In this document: positions 1-8,713 of the stretch, one piece after another
Layout of the letters: each line of letters starts with the position of its first letter
Position numbering within the stretch: position 1 is the stretch's first letter
NCBI GenBank assembly: GCA_039921425.1
Contig: JBDSBT010000305.1
Coordinates: 1-33,234 of the forward strand
Source of the DNA: Gemmatimonadaceae bacterium
Lineage (GTDB): Bacteria > Gemmatimonadota > Gemmatimonadetes > Gemmatimonadales > Gemmatimonadaceae
Direction: 5' to 3'
Length of the DNA: 33,234 nt
Program-made: the position numbers and the translations under genes
The notes under the pieces: generated by a model
Database searches by the model: none
What the model was told of the DNA's origin: nothing
Seen by the model: only the letters and a program-made list of their open reading frames with translations

Positions 1-1
1 T

Positions 2-967
2 CTTCATCAGCTTGAGCGTGGTGTCTGGCGACGCGGTTGACACGTAGAGCCCGCCAGCCGTCGCGGCTCGATCGACAAACGGGGCGTGAACATCATAGGT
101 GAGGTTCTGACGCGTTCTGATTTCGGAGAACATCCTTCCGGTCAGTACTGATGTCGCTATCCGCAGTGCCTGATAGTCGTCGCTGTTCGCGAGCGGGCCG
201 CTGTAATATCCAACCAAATAGTTGGTGGGAAGCGAGCGTTGCTCGATTACTACCGCCGCAGACTTCTCGGGAAGCCTTGGCGGAGACGTCCAGGCATAGT
301 TTCCCTGCGGGAGCTTCGCCAGCGTACCCCTGACCAGTCGTTCTACGTGAGCACGATCGACGTCGCCAACCACGACAAGAAGCATTCTCGATTTCACGAA
401 TTGACCCGTCAGGTAATTGCGGAGTGTCCTGTTGTCGAGCGACGAAATTGATTGCTCGGTACCGGTTACGGGAATCCCATATGGATGCCCAGTGAACGCT
501 ATGCTGTCGGCGAGATATTCAGCCAGCGCATCGGGATCGTCACGACGCTGCCTGATCCCAGAAACAAACTGTGCCTTGAGCAGGGTTATGTCTTCGGGGT
601 CGAGTGTTGGCGCCATCAACCGGTCGGCAAAGATTGCCCACGTTGAATCCAGTACTTCGGTAGTGGCGTGAACTCCGAACATGGTCCAGTCATCGTTTGG
701 AACCGTATTAATCTCGCTGCCCAGACGAGACATTTTCCTGCGTAGAATGGCCCTGGGATACCTGGCGGTACCGCGATCCGAAACAGCAAGAAGAAATGGC
801 TCTATCCCCGCATTGGTCTCGGTGATCTGACGAGCGCCACCAAGCAGGTACAAATTAGCTGCAACGACGTTGTTGGCGTTGCTTTGCCGCAGGATGACCT
901 TGACCCCGTCGACCTCAAAACTGTTCGTCAGAGTGGTGAGTGCCAGCGCAATTGAGAGCAACATCAT
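2..967 (-). CDS. M16B family peptidase, non-catalytic (beta-like) subunit; 3' end runs off the window
   Basis: Not in the ORF track (no stop in window). Hand translation from ATG at 967: MMLLSIALALTTLTNSFEVDGVKVILRQSNANNVVAANLYLLGGARQITETNAGIEPFLLAVSDRGTARY...GHPYG. M16 fold, but HxxEH is replaced by EPFLL. Start overlaps the upstream stop (ATGA, 964-967). Confidence 0.88.
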   Translation of the reverse strand, partial: MMLLSIALALTTLTNSFEVDGVKVILRQSNANNVVAANLYLLGGARQITETNAGIEPFLLAVSDRGTARYPRAILRRKMSRLGSEINTVPNDDWTMFGVHATTEVLDSTWAIFADRLMAPTLDPEDITLLKAQFVSGIRQRRDDPDALAEYLADSIAFTGHPYGIPVTGTEQSISSLDNRTLRNYLTGQFVKSRMLLVVVGDVDRAHVERLVRGTLAKLPQGNYAWTSPPRLPEKSAAVVIEQRSLPTNYLVGYYSGPLANSDDYQALRIATSVLTGRMFSEIRTRQNLTYDVHAPFVDRAATAGGLYVSTASPDTTLKLMK

Positions 968-2367
968 TCGCTGCCTCCACGCGACAACTCTTGCGTCGTG
1001 AGACTCAGCTGCTGTCGCGATGCGGGGTCGATCAGCACTCCTGTGATATGTGGCTTGGCAACGATGTATTTCGTTGCATAGGCACGAAGATCCGCGGTCT
1101 TCTGTTGAGCCATGTTGTCCACGTATCCCATGTAGTATTCGAGGCTGGCGACGCTCCACCAGAATCCCAGTGTGTGTGCAAAGCCAGAAGCGCGCTCGCG
1201 GTCGAACGCGGATGTCACTGCCCTATGAGCCTTTACTGCTTCGAGCTCTCCAGCATCGAAATAGCCCGAATCGCTGAATTTGCGAATTTCGGCTTGCAAT
1301 GCCGCTAATGCTTTCCGAAGATTCGCCGGAGACGTCTGACCGCTGATCGTAATCGGTCCGATATGATCGAGCGTGTAGTAGTTGACACCCATGCTCTGCC
1401 ACAAACCGCTGTCCACCAGCCGCTGCTGGAAATTCGAGCCCGGATCGTTAAGGACATCTGAGAACACGTCTGCTGCATAGGTAGATTTTGGATCGGCTCC
1501 GACGCTTGGTCCCTGCCACTGCACAAAAACTGTAACCGCGCCTACCCCTGCCTCGACGATGACGCCTTCGTTTTTCGTCAGGGACGGAATGACGGGCACA
1601 GGATCCGCGATGAACGGATTAGCACTTTTCTTCCACCCACCGAGTTGCCGTTCAGCACTGGCAAACACTTTCTGTGGGTTGACATCTCCCGAAACGATCA
1701 GTACGGAATTGTTTGGCACGTAATATTTTCGCTGAATCGTGCGCATTTTTTCCGGAGTCGTGGTCAGGATGACTTGCCGGTCCCCAATAACATTCTTTCT
1801 GCTGAAATTCCCCGGGTAGAGCAACATGTCCATCGACTTGTTTAGCCGAAAGAACGGACTCGACTCGTTTCTGTCGTACTCTCCAATTACCACTTGTCGC
1901 TCACGTTCGAGCTCATCCTGACGAAAAAGCGGAGCGATCAATGCCGCGGACAGGAAACGAATGCCTGCATCGAGGCTGTCGGCGGGAACCGTCAGATAGT
2001 AGTTGACTCGCTCTTCGGCGGTGGTTCCATTGAAAACCGCGCCGAGGTCTCCTGCTCTTCCGACGAACGACTCCGGCTCTGAATACTGAGAGTTCGACCT
2101 GAAGAACATGTGCTCGTACATGTGAGCGAGCCCGGCAAATTCGGGAGATTGCGTAAAGGAGCCGTTCTTTACGTCTACTTCCACCGTCGCCAGGGGAACA
2201 CCGTGGTTCTCCACGACGATTACTTCGAGCCCGTTGGAGAGAACCTTGCGCTTGATGATCTTTTCGAGCTCTGCCCGCTGCGCGCTGACGAGTGAAGGGA
2301 CAAACGCGAACATCACCGCGACGACCAAGGTAGCGAGCCGGGCACGACTGAGATTTCTTTGTGGCAT
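964..2367 (-). CDS. M16B (pitrilysin/insulinase) zinc peptidase, catalytic subunit with signal peptide
   Basis: LSNGLEVIV start of the fold, GLAHMYEHM (inverted zinc motif HxxEH), NGTT, ERERQVVIGE, YYVPNN. Likely start MPQRN at 2367, followed by a hydrophobic signal ending VSA-Q. Confidence 0.93.
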   Translation of the reverse strand: MPQRNLSRARLATLVVAVMFAFVPSLVSAQRAELEKIIKRKVLSNGLEVIVVENHGVPLATVEVDVKNGSFTQSPEFAGLAHMYEHMFFRSNSQYSEPESFVGRAGDLGAVFNGTTAEERVNYYLTVPADSLDAGIRFLSAALIAPLFRQDELERERQVVIGEYDRNESSPFFRLNKSMDMLLYPGNFSRKNVIGDRQVILTTTPEKMRTIQRKYYVPNNSVLIVSGDVNPQKVFASAERQLGGWKKSANPFIADPVPVIPSLTKNEGVIVEAGVGAVTVFVQWQGPSVGADPKSTYAADVFSDVLNDPGSNFQQRLVDSGLWQSMGVNYYTLDHIGPITISGQTSPANLRKALAALQAEIRKFSDSGYFDAGELEAVKAHRAVTSAFDRERASGFAHTLGFWWSVASLEYYMGYVDNMAQQKTADLRAYATKYIVAKPHITGVLIDPASRQQLSLTTQELSRGGSE

Positions 2368-2387
2368 GTTGGTCAACAAATACCTCG

Positions 2388-3323
2388 ATGATTGACGCTT
2401 ACGCAAAAGTAGCCCGCCAGCTGAACGAGACACAGCTCAGACGTGATGAGCCCATAGGTCCATACACCACCTTCCGCATTGGTGGTCCCGCCGACTTGTT
2501 CTACTCCACATCCTCGGCCGAGGATCTCGCGTCAGCCGTTTTGGCCGCTCGTGAGACTTCGGTGCCGTATTTCGTCCTTGGCCTCGGAGCGAATATTCTG
2601 GTAGGCGACAAGGGCTTCCGTGGCCTTGTCATCAGAAATCACGCCAGTCACTTCACGTTTCTGGAAAACGGCCTTCTCAAGGTCGAGAGCGGAGCCGTAA
2701 TGGCCGACCTGATACCTGAGGCGGTGGAAAGAGGGTGGTCGGGTTTGGAGCACTATGTTGGTATTCCGAGTACTGTCGGCGGGGCCGTATGGCAGAATTT
2801 GCATTTTCTCGAGCCCGAGCCCGATCGCAAGCGAACGATGTTCATTGCCGATGTATTCTCGTCGTGCGACATCCTCAGCGAAGAAGACGAGAGAAAGACG
2901 GTTGGACCGGACTATATGCAGTTCGGTTACGACACCAGCATTCTGCACAGCCGGCGTGACATCGCCCTGGCAGTCACCTTTCAGTTGAATAGAGGTGACA
3001 CGGCAGCGATGCACAAAGTCATGCAGGAAAATCTGAGCTGGAGAGGAGCCCGACATCCCTGGCTGCAGTTTCACCCCAGTGCAGGATCGATTTTCAAAAA
3101 AATAGAAGGAATGGGAGCGGGCCGGCTTGTCGATCAATGCGGACTGAAGGGCTTTCGACACGGCAACGCACAGATCTCACACATTCACGCAAACATCATG
3201 GTGAATCTCGGTGGCGCCACTGCACGCGACGTTCGCGAGCTTATTGCGATTGCCCAGAAGGCGGTAGAAGATAAATTTGGCGTGAAGCTGGAAACCGAGA
3301 TCGGGTTTATCGGAGAGTTCTAG
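2388..3323 (+). CDS. murB: UDP-N-acetylenolpyruvoylglucosamine reductase (MurB, type II-like), atypical active-site motifs
   Basis: TTFRIGGPAD, LGLGANILVGD, GIPSTVGGA, SAGSIFK, HANIMVN, LETEI. Start ATG 2388 preferred over GTG 2361. Confidence 0.88.
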   Translation: MIDAYAKVARQLNETQLRRDEPIGPYTTFRIGGPADLFYSTSSAEDLASAVLAARETSVPYFVLGLGANILVGDKGFRGLVIRNHASHFTFLENGLLKVESGAVMADLIPEAVERGWSGLEHYVGIPSTVGGAVWQNLHFLEPEPDRKRTMFIADVFSSCDILSEEDERKTVGPDYMQFGYDTSILHSRRDIALAVTFQLNRGDTAAMHKVMQENLSWRGARHPWLQFHPSAGSIFKKIEGMGAGRLVDQCGLKGFRHGNAQISHIHANIMVNLGGATARDVRELIAIAQKAVEDKFGVKLETEIGFIGEF

Positions 3324-5275
3324 CGGGCTCCCACCGTTCGTTTGTCGGCCTCTTCCGTCGCCCTTGTCCATTCTTCCATCGTGGCGTCCAGTTTTTTCTT
3401 CAGCTGTTCCAGCTCTTTTCCGCCAGCGATAGCCTTTTTCTTTCCGTCGTTCGTAGTATAGAGACCCGGATCAGCCATGATGTTCGTAAGCTGCGCAATG
3501 CGCGTTTCCAGGCCTTCGACCAGCTTTTCGGCGATCTCAGCTCTCTTTCTCGCTGACCGGACGTTGTCACGTCCTTTTCCTTTGTCGTCTTCCCGTCGCT
3601 TCGTTTTTTGTTTCTCGTGCATACGACGTAAAGACTCCTCCTCCGAAGCGTTGACCGCTGCAGCGTGTGCGCGCTCGTTGCTTACCGTCTCCCACTCAGA
3701 GAACGTTCCGTCGAAATCAGTAATCCGCCGATCGTGCAGCAGCCATACGCGGTCCACGAGAGTTCGAAGCAACTCGCGGTCGTGGCTTACAAGAAGAACC
3801 GTGCCCTCAAATTCCTGAATCGCGTCCTCGAGCGACTCGATCGATTCAACATCGAGGTGATTTGTCGGCTCATCGAGGATCAGGAGATTGGCACGAGCGA
3901 GAACGATCATCGCCAGAGCTACTCTCGCTCGTTCTCCACCAGAAAGAGTTCCCGCAAATCGTTGCACCTCGTCGCCTGAAAATCCGAAGCGAGCCAGATG
4001 CGCCTGTACCTGCCGTCTCTCCCAAAGCGGTCGCAAGTCAGCGATGACCTCGTACAGCGATCGGTCCATCGGAACCTGTCCAAGATCCTGTCGATAGTAC
4101 GCCGCTTTTATCGACCCGCCGAGCCGAAGCTCACCACCCATAGTGTCGAGATCACCCGTTAACGTGCGAAGCAACGTCGATTTGCCGGCGCCGTTAGGTC
4201 CCAGGAGTCCAAGTATCTGTCCGCGTTTGATCGATGCCGTAAAATCTTCGATGAGTACCCGATCGTTGATTCCAACGGAGACCTTGTCGGCAACCACCAC
4301 GAGATCACCACCGCGTTCGGCGATGTCGAGACGCAAGGCCATCGTTCCGTCCATACCAATCGGCGCGCTTAACCTCGGTAGCCGTGCAAGAAGCTTGCGC
4401 CTCCCCTTCGCCTGCTTGGTGTTCTGGCCAGCGAGATTCCGGCGAATGTAATCTTCTTGACCGTCAACGAACTTTCGTTGCTTGTCGAACGCGCGTTGTT
4501 GCGAAAGCCGTCTCTCCTCTCGCTGACGTACGAACGCTTCGTATCCGCCCGTGTATGCAAAAGCCGAATCACCTTCGAAGTGCAATATGTGATCAGCGAC
4601 GCTCGCAAGGAACGCGCGATCGTGGCTGATCAGAATGATCGTCTTGTCGCTGGCCTTTAGATATCCTTCGAGCCATTGAGTTGTATCGAGGTCCAGATGG
4701 TTCGTTGGCTCATCGAGCAAAAGGACGTCGGCCGGACTGACCAGTTGCCTGGCGACACCGAGTCTTCCTCTCTCGCCGCCGCTTAGTTGAGTAAGACTTC
4801 GAGTGCGTGCCTCTACCGGATCGAAGCCGAGTCCATGGAGCACCGCATCGACTCTCGGGGCAAACGTGTAGCCGCCCTCGCGATCAAATCGTTCGAGATC
4901 GCGATCGTAGCGCGCCAGCATTGCTGGAGTGGATTTCTCTCCCAGTTCTCCAATCTTGACGCTTTGGTCGGCGAGCGATTGTTCAAGCTTCAGCAGATCT
5001 GCGAACTGTCCTGCAGCGGCGGTCCAAACACTGTCGGCATCACCGAAATCGCGATGCTGCTCGAGAAGCGAAATGGTGAGGTTCGGCTGCTTCGACACAG
5101 CCCCCGCCGTCGGCTCCTGTTGGCCAGTGATCAGACGGAAGAGAGTGGTTTTTCCAGTGCCGTTTCGTCCGATGACTCCCCACCTCTCACCGCGCGCTAC
5201 CGTGAAAGTGATGTCCTTGAACAGCATTGTCGCACCGAACTGGACCATCGCGCTGGAAACCGAAATCTGCGTCAC
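3320..5275 (-). CDS. ABC-F family ribosome-associated ATPase (Uup/YheS/YdiF-like) with C-terminal coiled coil
   Basis: Two ABC domains (GRNGTGKT / LSGGE / LLLDEPTNHLD; GPNGAGKS / LSGGE / LILDEPTNHLD), inter-domain linker, no TM segments, charged coiled-coil C-terminus. Confidence 0.93.
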   Translation of the reverse strand: MTQISVSSAMVQFGATMLFKDITFTVARGERWGVIGRNGTGKTTLFRLITGQQEPTAGAVSKQPNLTISLLEQHRDFGDADSVWTAAAGQFADLLKLEQSLADQSVKIGELGEKSTPAMLARYDRDLERFDREGGYTFAPRVDAVLHGLGFDPVEARTRSLTQLSGGERGRLGVARQLVSPADVLLLDEPTNHLDLDTTQWLEGYLKASDKTIILISHDRAFLASVADHILHFEGDSAFAYTGGYEAFVRQREERRLSQQRAFDKQRKFVDGQEDYIRRNLAGQNTKQAKGRRKLLARLPRLSAPIGMDGTMALRLDIAERGGDLVVVADKVSVGINDRVLIEDFTASIKRGQILGLLGPNGAGKSTLLRTLTGDLDTMGGELRLGGSIKAAYYRQDLGQVPMDRSLYEVIADLRPLWERRQVQAHLARFGFSGDEVQRFAGTLSGGERARVALAMIVLARANLLILDEPTNHLDVESIESLEDAIQEFEGTVLLVSHDRELLRTLVDRVWLLHDRRITDFDGTFSEWETVSNERAHAAAVNASEEESLRRMHEKQKTKRREDDKGKGRDNVRSARKRAEIAEKLVEGLETRIAQLTNIMADPGLYTTNDGKKKAIAGGKELEQLKKKLDATMEEWTRATEEADKRTVGAR

Positions 5276-6369
5276 AAACGAATGGCCTCTTCACAGGCAT
5301 CGAAGCATCGATGAAGTGTCTCGAGCGTGTGATCACCCATATGCCCGATTCTGAACGTGGTCGCCCCGAGTTTCCCATATCCGCCGCCTACCGTTATTCC
5401 GCGCTTTCTGACTTCCTGAACGAACGAAGGTCCTGCAACGCCAGCGGGTAGTTGAATGGCTGACACCGTTGGAGATCTGAAGCCGGATGCCATGATGTTT
5501 GCCCAGGTTGCTCCGGTTCTTCCGCGGCTGTCATCGAGCCATGTGGCTGTGGCATTCGCCATCGCCGTGTGCCGTGACCATCTCGCTTCAATCCCTTCAT
5601 TCATGATCGAATCGAGCTGCACTTCCAGCGCGTACAGAAGAGAAAAAGCCGGTGTTGCGGGAACCTGATTTGTTCTTGCGTATTTCTCCATCTCGACGAT
5701 GTCGAAATACACGCCGCGACCGCTGGATTCGGCAGCAAGCTTCAAGACCTCTTCAGACGCAGCGGCGAATGCGAGTCCCGGGGGAAGCGCGATCGCTTTC
5801 TGAGAACCGGTCAGCACGAAGTCGAGCTTCCATTCGTCGAACCGCAGCTCTGCGCCGCCGAGTCCGCTTACGCTGTCGATGAAACAGAGGGCGCCTTTTC
5901 GATGGGCTGCGTCCGAAAGCTCCCTAATTGGATTCAGGGCTCCGGTGGAAGTTTCGGAGTGGGTGACTGTGATGGCCCTGTATTGGCTTGTAATTAGATA
6001 ATTATCCAACCCATATACGGAATGAACTTCCCCCCACGGAACCTCATAGCGATCAACAGACCTTCCACATGCCTCCGCGATGTGTGCAAAGCGCTCCGAG
6101 AATGCCCCGTTGACAAGGCATAGGATTTTGCCCGGGGGAAGAGCTCTGATTGCCGCTTCCATCATTCCAGTGCCAGACGATGCAGCTACAAGCACAGGCC
6201 GATCGGTCTTGAATAGACGCTTCAGTCCAACCTGCAGCCTCGAAAAAAGCTCTTCGAACTCGACGCCGCGATGCGGAATCATGGGCTTCAGCATTGCGCG
6301 AAGCACTTCTTCCCGCACTTCTGTCGGCCCAGGTAGGAAAAAAGTCCCGAAATCAGTGTGGCTTGCCAT
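5272..6369 (-). CDS. Class V PLP aminotransferase (serine-pyruvate / alanine-glyoxylate type)
   Basis: FLPGPT, SSGTGMMEA, HSETSTG, DSVS, TGSQK (PLP lysine), FRIGHMG. Stop overlaps the ABC-F start (GTGA). Confidence 0.92.
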   Translation of the reverse strand: MASHTDFGTFFLPGPTEVREEVLRAMLKPMIPHRGVEFEELFSRLQVGLKRLFKTDRPVLVAASSGTGMMEAAIRALPPGKILCLVNGAFSERFAHIAEACGRSVDRYEVPWGEVHSVYGLDNYLITSQYRAITVTHSETSTGALNPIRELSDAAHRKGALCFIDSVSGLGGAELRFDEWKLDFVLTGSQKAIALPPGLAFAAASEEVLKLAAESSGRGVYFDIVEMEKYARTNQVPATPAFSLLYALEVQLDSIMNEGIEARWSRHTAMANATATWLDDSRGRTGATWANIMASGFRSPTVSAIQLPAGVAGPSFVQEVRKRGITVGGGYGKLGATTFRIGHMGDHTLETLHRCFDACEEAIRL

Positions 6370-6411
6370 GTCGCAACCTAGCGCCCCGCAGAAGCAGGAT
6401 ACAATCGAGGG

Positions 6412-6759
6412 TCATCGAGCTGTCCATTTCTTCCATTCGGATTCTCCCGCGCCGATCGTTAACAGTGATCCGTTTCTCACGAGCGGCATCTTGAGCAAGA
6501 GCGGCTCTTCCGAGAGCTTTTGGAGCCACGTATCGTCAGACATCCTTGCGTGTCGCAGTCCTAAGTCCTGGAACGTTGGCGAATCGGAGTCGATCAGAGC
6601 TCCCACACCGAATTTCTGCGCGAAGCGGCGCAGTTCTGCAAGCGAGGCGGCTCGCTCATTGAGATCGACGAAGTGAGTCTTGATCCGTCGTTCCGAGAAG
6701 AAGCGGAGTGCCTTCCGCGTACCCGAGCTTTTTTTTAACCCGAAGATTTGCACTTCCAT
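6412..6759 (-). CDS. ArsC/Spx/MgsR (YffB-like) family protein, cysteine-free
   Basis: IFGLKKSSGTRKALRFF ... PLLLKMPLV ... TIG matches the ArsC/Spx pattern; 115 aa. Confidence 0.8.
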   Translation of the reverse strand: MEVQIFGLKKSSGTRKALRFFSERRIKTHFVDLNERAASLAELRRFAQKFGVGALIDSDSPTFQDLGLRHARMSDDTWLQKLSEEPLLLKMPLVRNGSLLTIGAGESEWKKWTAR

Positions 6760-6804
6760 GAATTAGGTTCTCGCTATGGCCGGTGACCGTCTGGAGAAAC
6801 AGTC

Positions 6805-7815
6805 GTGACGACAGAATTCGCGCCTGCGTGGTGGCTCCCGGGCCCCAATCTTCAAACGCTTTGGGGAAAATTCTTGCGCCGCAGAGCAAACATCCAAACG
6901 CACGTCGAACGCCTCTCTACTCCCGACGGCGACTTCCTCGACCTTCATCATCTTCCGGGCCGCTTGGGTGAGCCACTATTAGTCCTTTTACACGGTCTCG
7001 AGGGGTCCATACGCTCACATTATATCCAGGGCCTCCTCACCGAGGCGAGTCGAAGGCATTGGCGCGCAGCGGTTCTCGTCTTCCGTTCGTGCGGAAATGA
7101 AGTGAATCGAACCAAGCGGTTCTACCACTCTGGCGAAACTACCGACCTCGCGTTCGCGATAGGCCATCTGGTTGCTTCGTTCCGCGACTCGCCAATAGTT
7201 CTGGCGGGCGTCTCGCTTGGCGGCAATGTCCTGCTGAAGTACCTTGGCGAACAAGGCGATCGGATATCACCCAGAATTCGCGCGGCTGCCGCGGTCTCCG
7301 TTCCCTATGACCTGGGTCGCGCAGCCGACCACATCGACCGCGGCTTTGCAAAGGTCTACCAGCAAAGCTTCATCAACTCTCTCAAGGCCAAGGCGATCGC
7401 GAAGCTCGACGCTTTCCCGGGACTCCTTCGTCTGAGCGACGTCGAGTCGATTCGTACTATCCGCGATTTCGACAATAGAGTCACTGCCCCAATTCACGGA
7501 TTCAAGAATGCCGCCGACTACTACAAACGCTCCAGTTCGCTTGGCTGGATCGACCGTGTTCACCTACCGACACTTCTCATGAGCGCGGTTGACGATCCAT
7601 TTCTTCCGCCGCAGGTTCTCGAACTGGTTCGTTCGCTCGCGAAACAAAATCCGTCTCTTCAGGTGGAGTTTTCAGAGACCGGAGGCCACGCCGGTTTCGT
7701 CGCTGGAATGAATCCGTTTCACCCTCACTACTATATGGAAAGACGAGTTGGTGATTTCCTTGCAGACCAACTCAATCGCTCGGAGTTAGCTATTCAAAAC
7801 GGGGGACGGCCTTGA
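6805..7815 (+). CDS. YheT-like alpha/beta hydrolase (ABHD1/2/3 family)
   Basis: PAWWLPGPNLQT, TPDGDFLDL, HGLEGS, FYHSGET, GVSLGG nucleophile elbow, DDPF, GGHAGF; GGAGA RBS before the GTG. Confidence 0.9.
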   Translation: MTTEFAPAWWLPGPNLQTLWGKFLRRRANIQTHVERLSTPDGDFLDLHHLPGRLGEPLLVLLHGLEGSIRSHYIQGLLTEASRRHWRAAVLVFRSCGNEVNRTKRFYHSGETTDLAFAIGHLVASFRDSPIVLAGVSLGGNVLLKYLGEQGDRISPRIRAAAAVSVPYDLGRAADHIDRGFAKVYQQSFINSLKAKAIAKLDAFPGLLRLSDVESIRTIRDFDNRVTAPIHGFKNAADYYKRSSSLGWIDRVHLPTLLMSAVDDPFLPPQVLELVRSLAKQNPSLQVEFSETGGHAGFVAGMNPFHPHYYMERRVGDFLADQLNRSELAIQNGGRP

Positions 7816-8708
7816 TGATGAACGGAAAGATGCGTCTGTCTGTCGGTGCGATCGTATTTCTTGCCGGATGCACCACTGCTGGAATGAACGGAGCCAACGA
7901 TCATTCCGATCACGACACAACGGCGGCTGCCGCTTCGGTTTCCGTGCCGGCGAATGCAGGTCTTCCCGCCGACGCAGCAACTGCCCGTGCTCGCCTTGCC
8001 GGCTCGCCGAGGCATGGTGAATGGGTCACTTATAAGTCGGGCTCAGACAGCATTCGCGCATGGGTCGTTTATCCACAACGAAAAAACAATGCGCCAGTGG
8101 TAGTAGTCGTTCACGAGATCTACGGTTTGACCCCGTGGATTAGAGCCGTTGCAGATCAGCTGGCGAGTGATGGTTACATAGCGATTGCACCTGACCTGCT
8201 AACGATGAAGGGACTTCCGAACGCAACCGATAGCGTCCCTTCTGACCTGGCCACCTCGGCCATACGGACACTGAACGCCGACGACGTCCAGCGCTACATC
8301 GACGCGTCTGCGAGCTATGCGATGGCGCTCCCGTCCGCCCAGAAGAAATACGGCATCGTAGGATTTTGCTGGGGAGGCGGCACCTCGTTTCAGCACGCCG
8401 TTCATTCTCCATCACTTGCCGCATCGGTCGTCTACTATGGCGTCTCCCCCAGCAGTGAGTCGCTTGTTGCTGTCAAGGCTCCCGTGCTTGGCCTCTACGG
8501 CGGAAGTGACGCGCGTGTAGGCGCGACAATTCCTCCCGCGGATTCTGCCATGCGAGCACTCGGCAAGACCTTCACCCACTACAGTTATGAAGGGGCTGCG
8601 CACGGATTCCTTCGTCAGCAGAGCGGTCAGTCGGGTGCGAATCTTACTGCGACTCAACAGGCGTGGCCGGCGACGATTGCCTGGTTCCGCCGCTACCTGG
8701 GTGCGTGA
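7815..8708 (+). CDS. Dienelactone hydrolase family protein, predicted lipoprotein
   Basis: VHEIYGL, APDL, GFCWGG (Cys nucleophile), AHGF; lipobox VFLAG-C. Start ambiguous (7812/7815/7818/7830); coupled to the upstream stop. Confidence 0.9.
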   Translation: MMNGKMRLSVGAIVFLAGCTTAGMNGANDHSDHDTTAAAASVSVPANAGLPADAATARARLAGSPRHGEWVTYKSGSDSIRAWVVYPQRKNNAPVVVVVHEIYGLTPWIRAVADQLASDGYIAIAPDLLTMKGLPNATDSVPSDLATSAIRTLNADDVQRYIDASASYAMALPSAQKKYGIVGFCWGGGTSFQHAVHSPSLAASVVYYGVSPSSESLVAVKAPVLGLYGGSDARVGATIPPADSAMRALGKTFTHYSYEGAAHGFLRQQSGQSGANLTATQQAWPATIAWFRRYLGA

Positions 8709-8713
8709 GCACT

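Noticed and set aside
151-671. Several short + strand ORFs
   Set aside because: Antisense to the open M16B beta-subunit frame; no motifs.
2368-2433. N-terminal extensions of the M16 ORF (to 2433) and murB (from 2361)
   Set aside because: They would overlap head-to-head; the signal peptide and MurB homology fit ATG 2367 and ATG 2388.
2532-3161. 209-aa minus-strand ORF
   Set aside because: Antisense shadow of murB; no recognisable domain.
6080-6676. 198-aa plus-strand ORF
   Set aside because: Ser-rich antisense shadow of two well-supported genes.
6729-6736. T8 (A8 on coding strand) run in the ArsC-like gene as a phase-variation or frameshift site
   Set aside because: Frame is intact and encodes L-K-K-S; short run, no alternative product evident.
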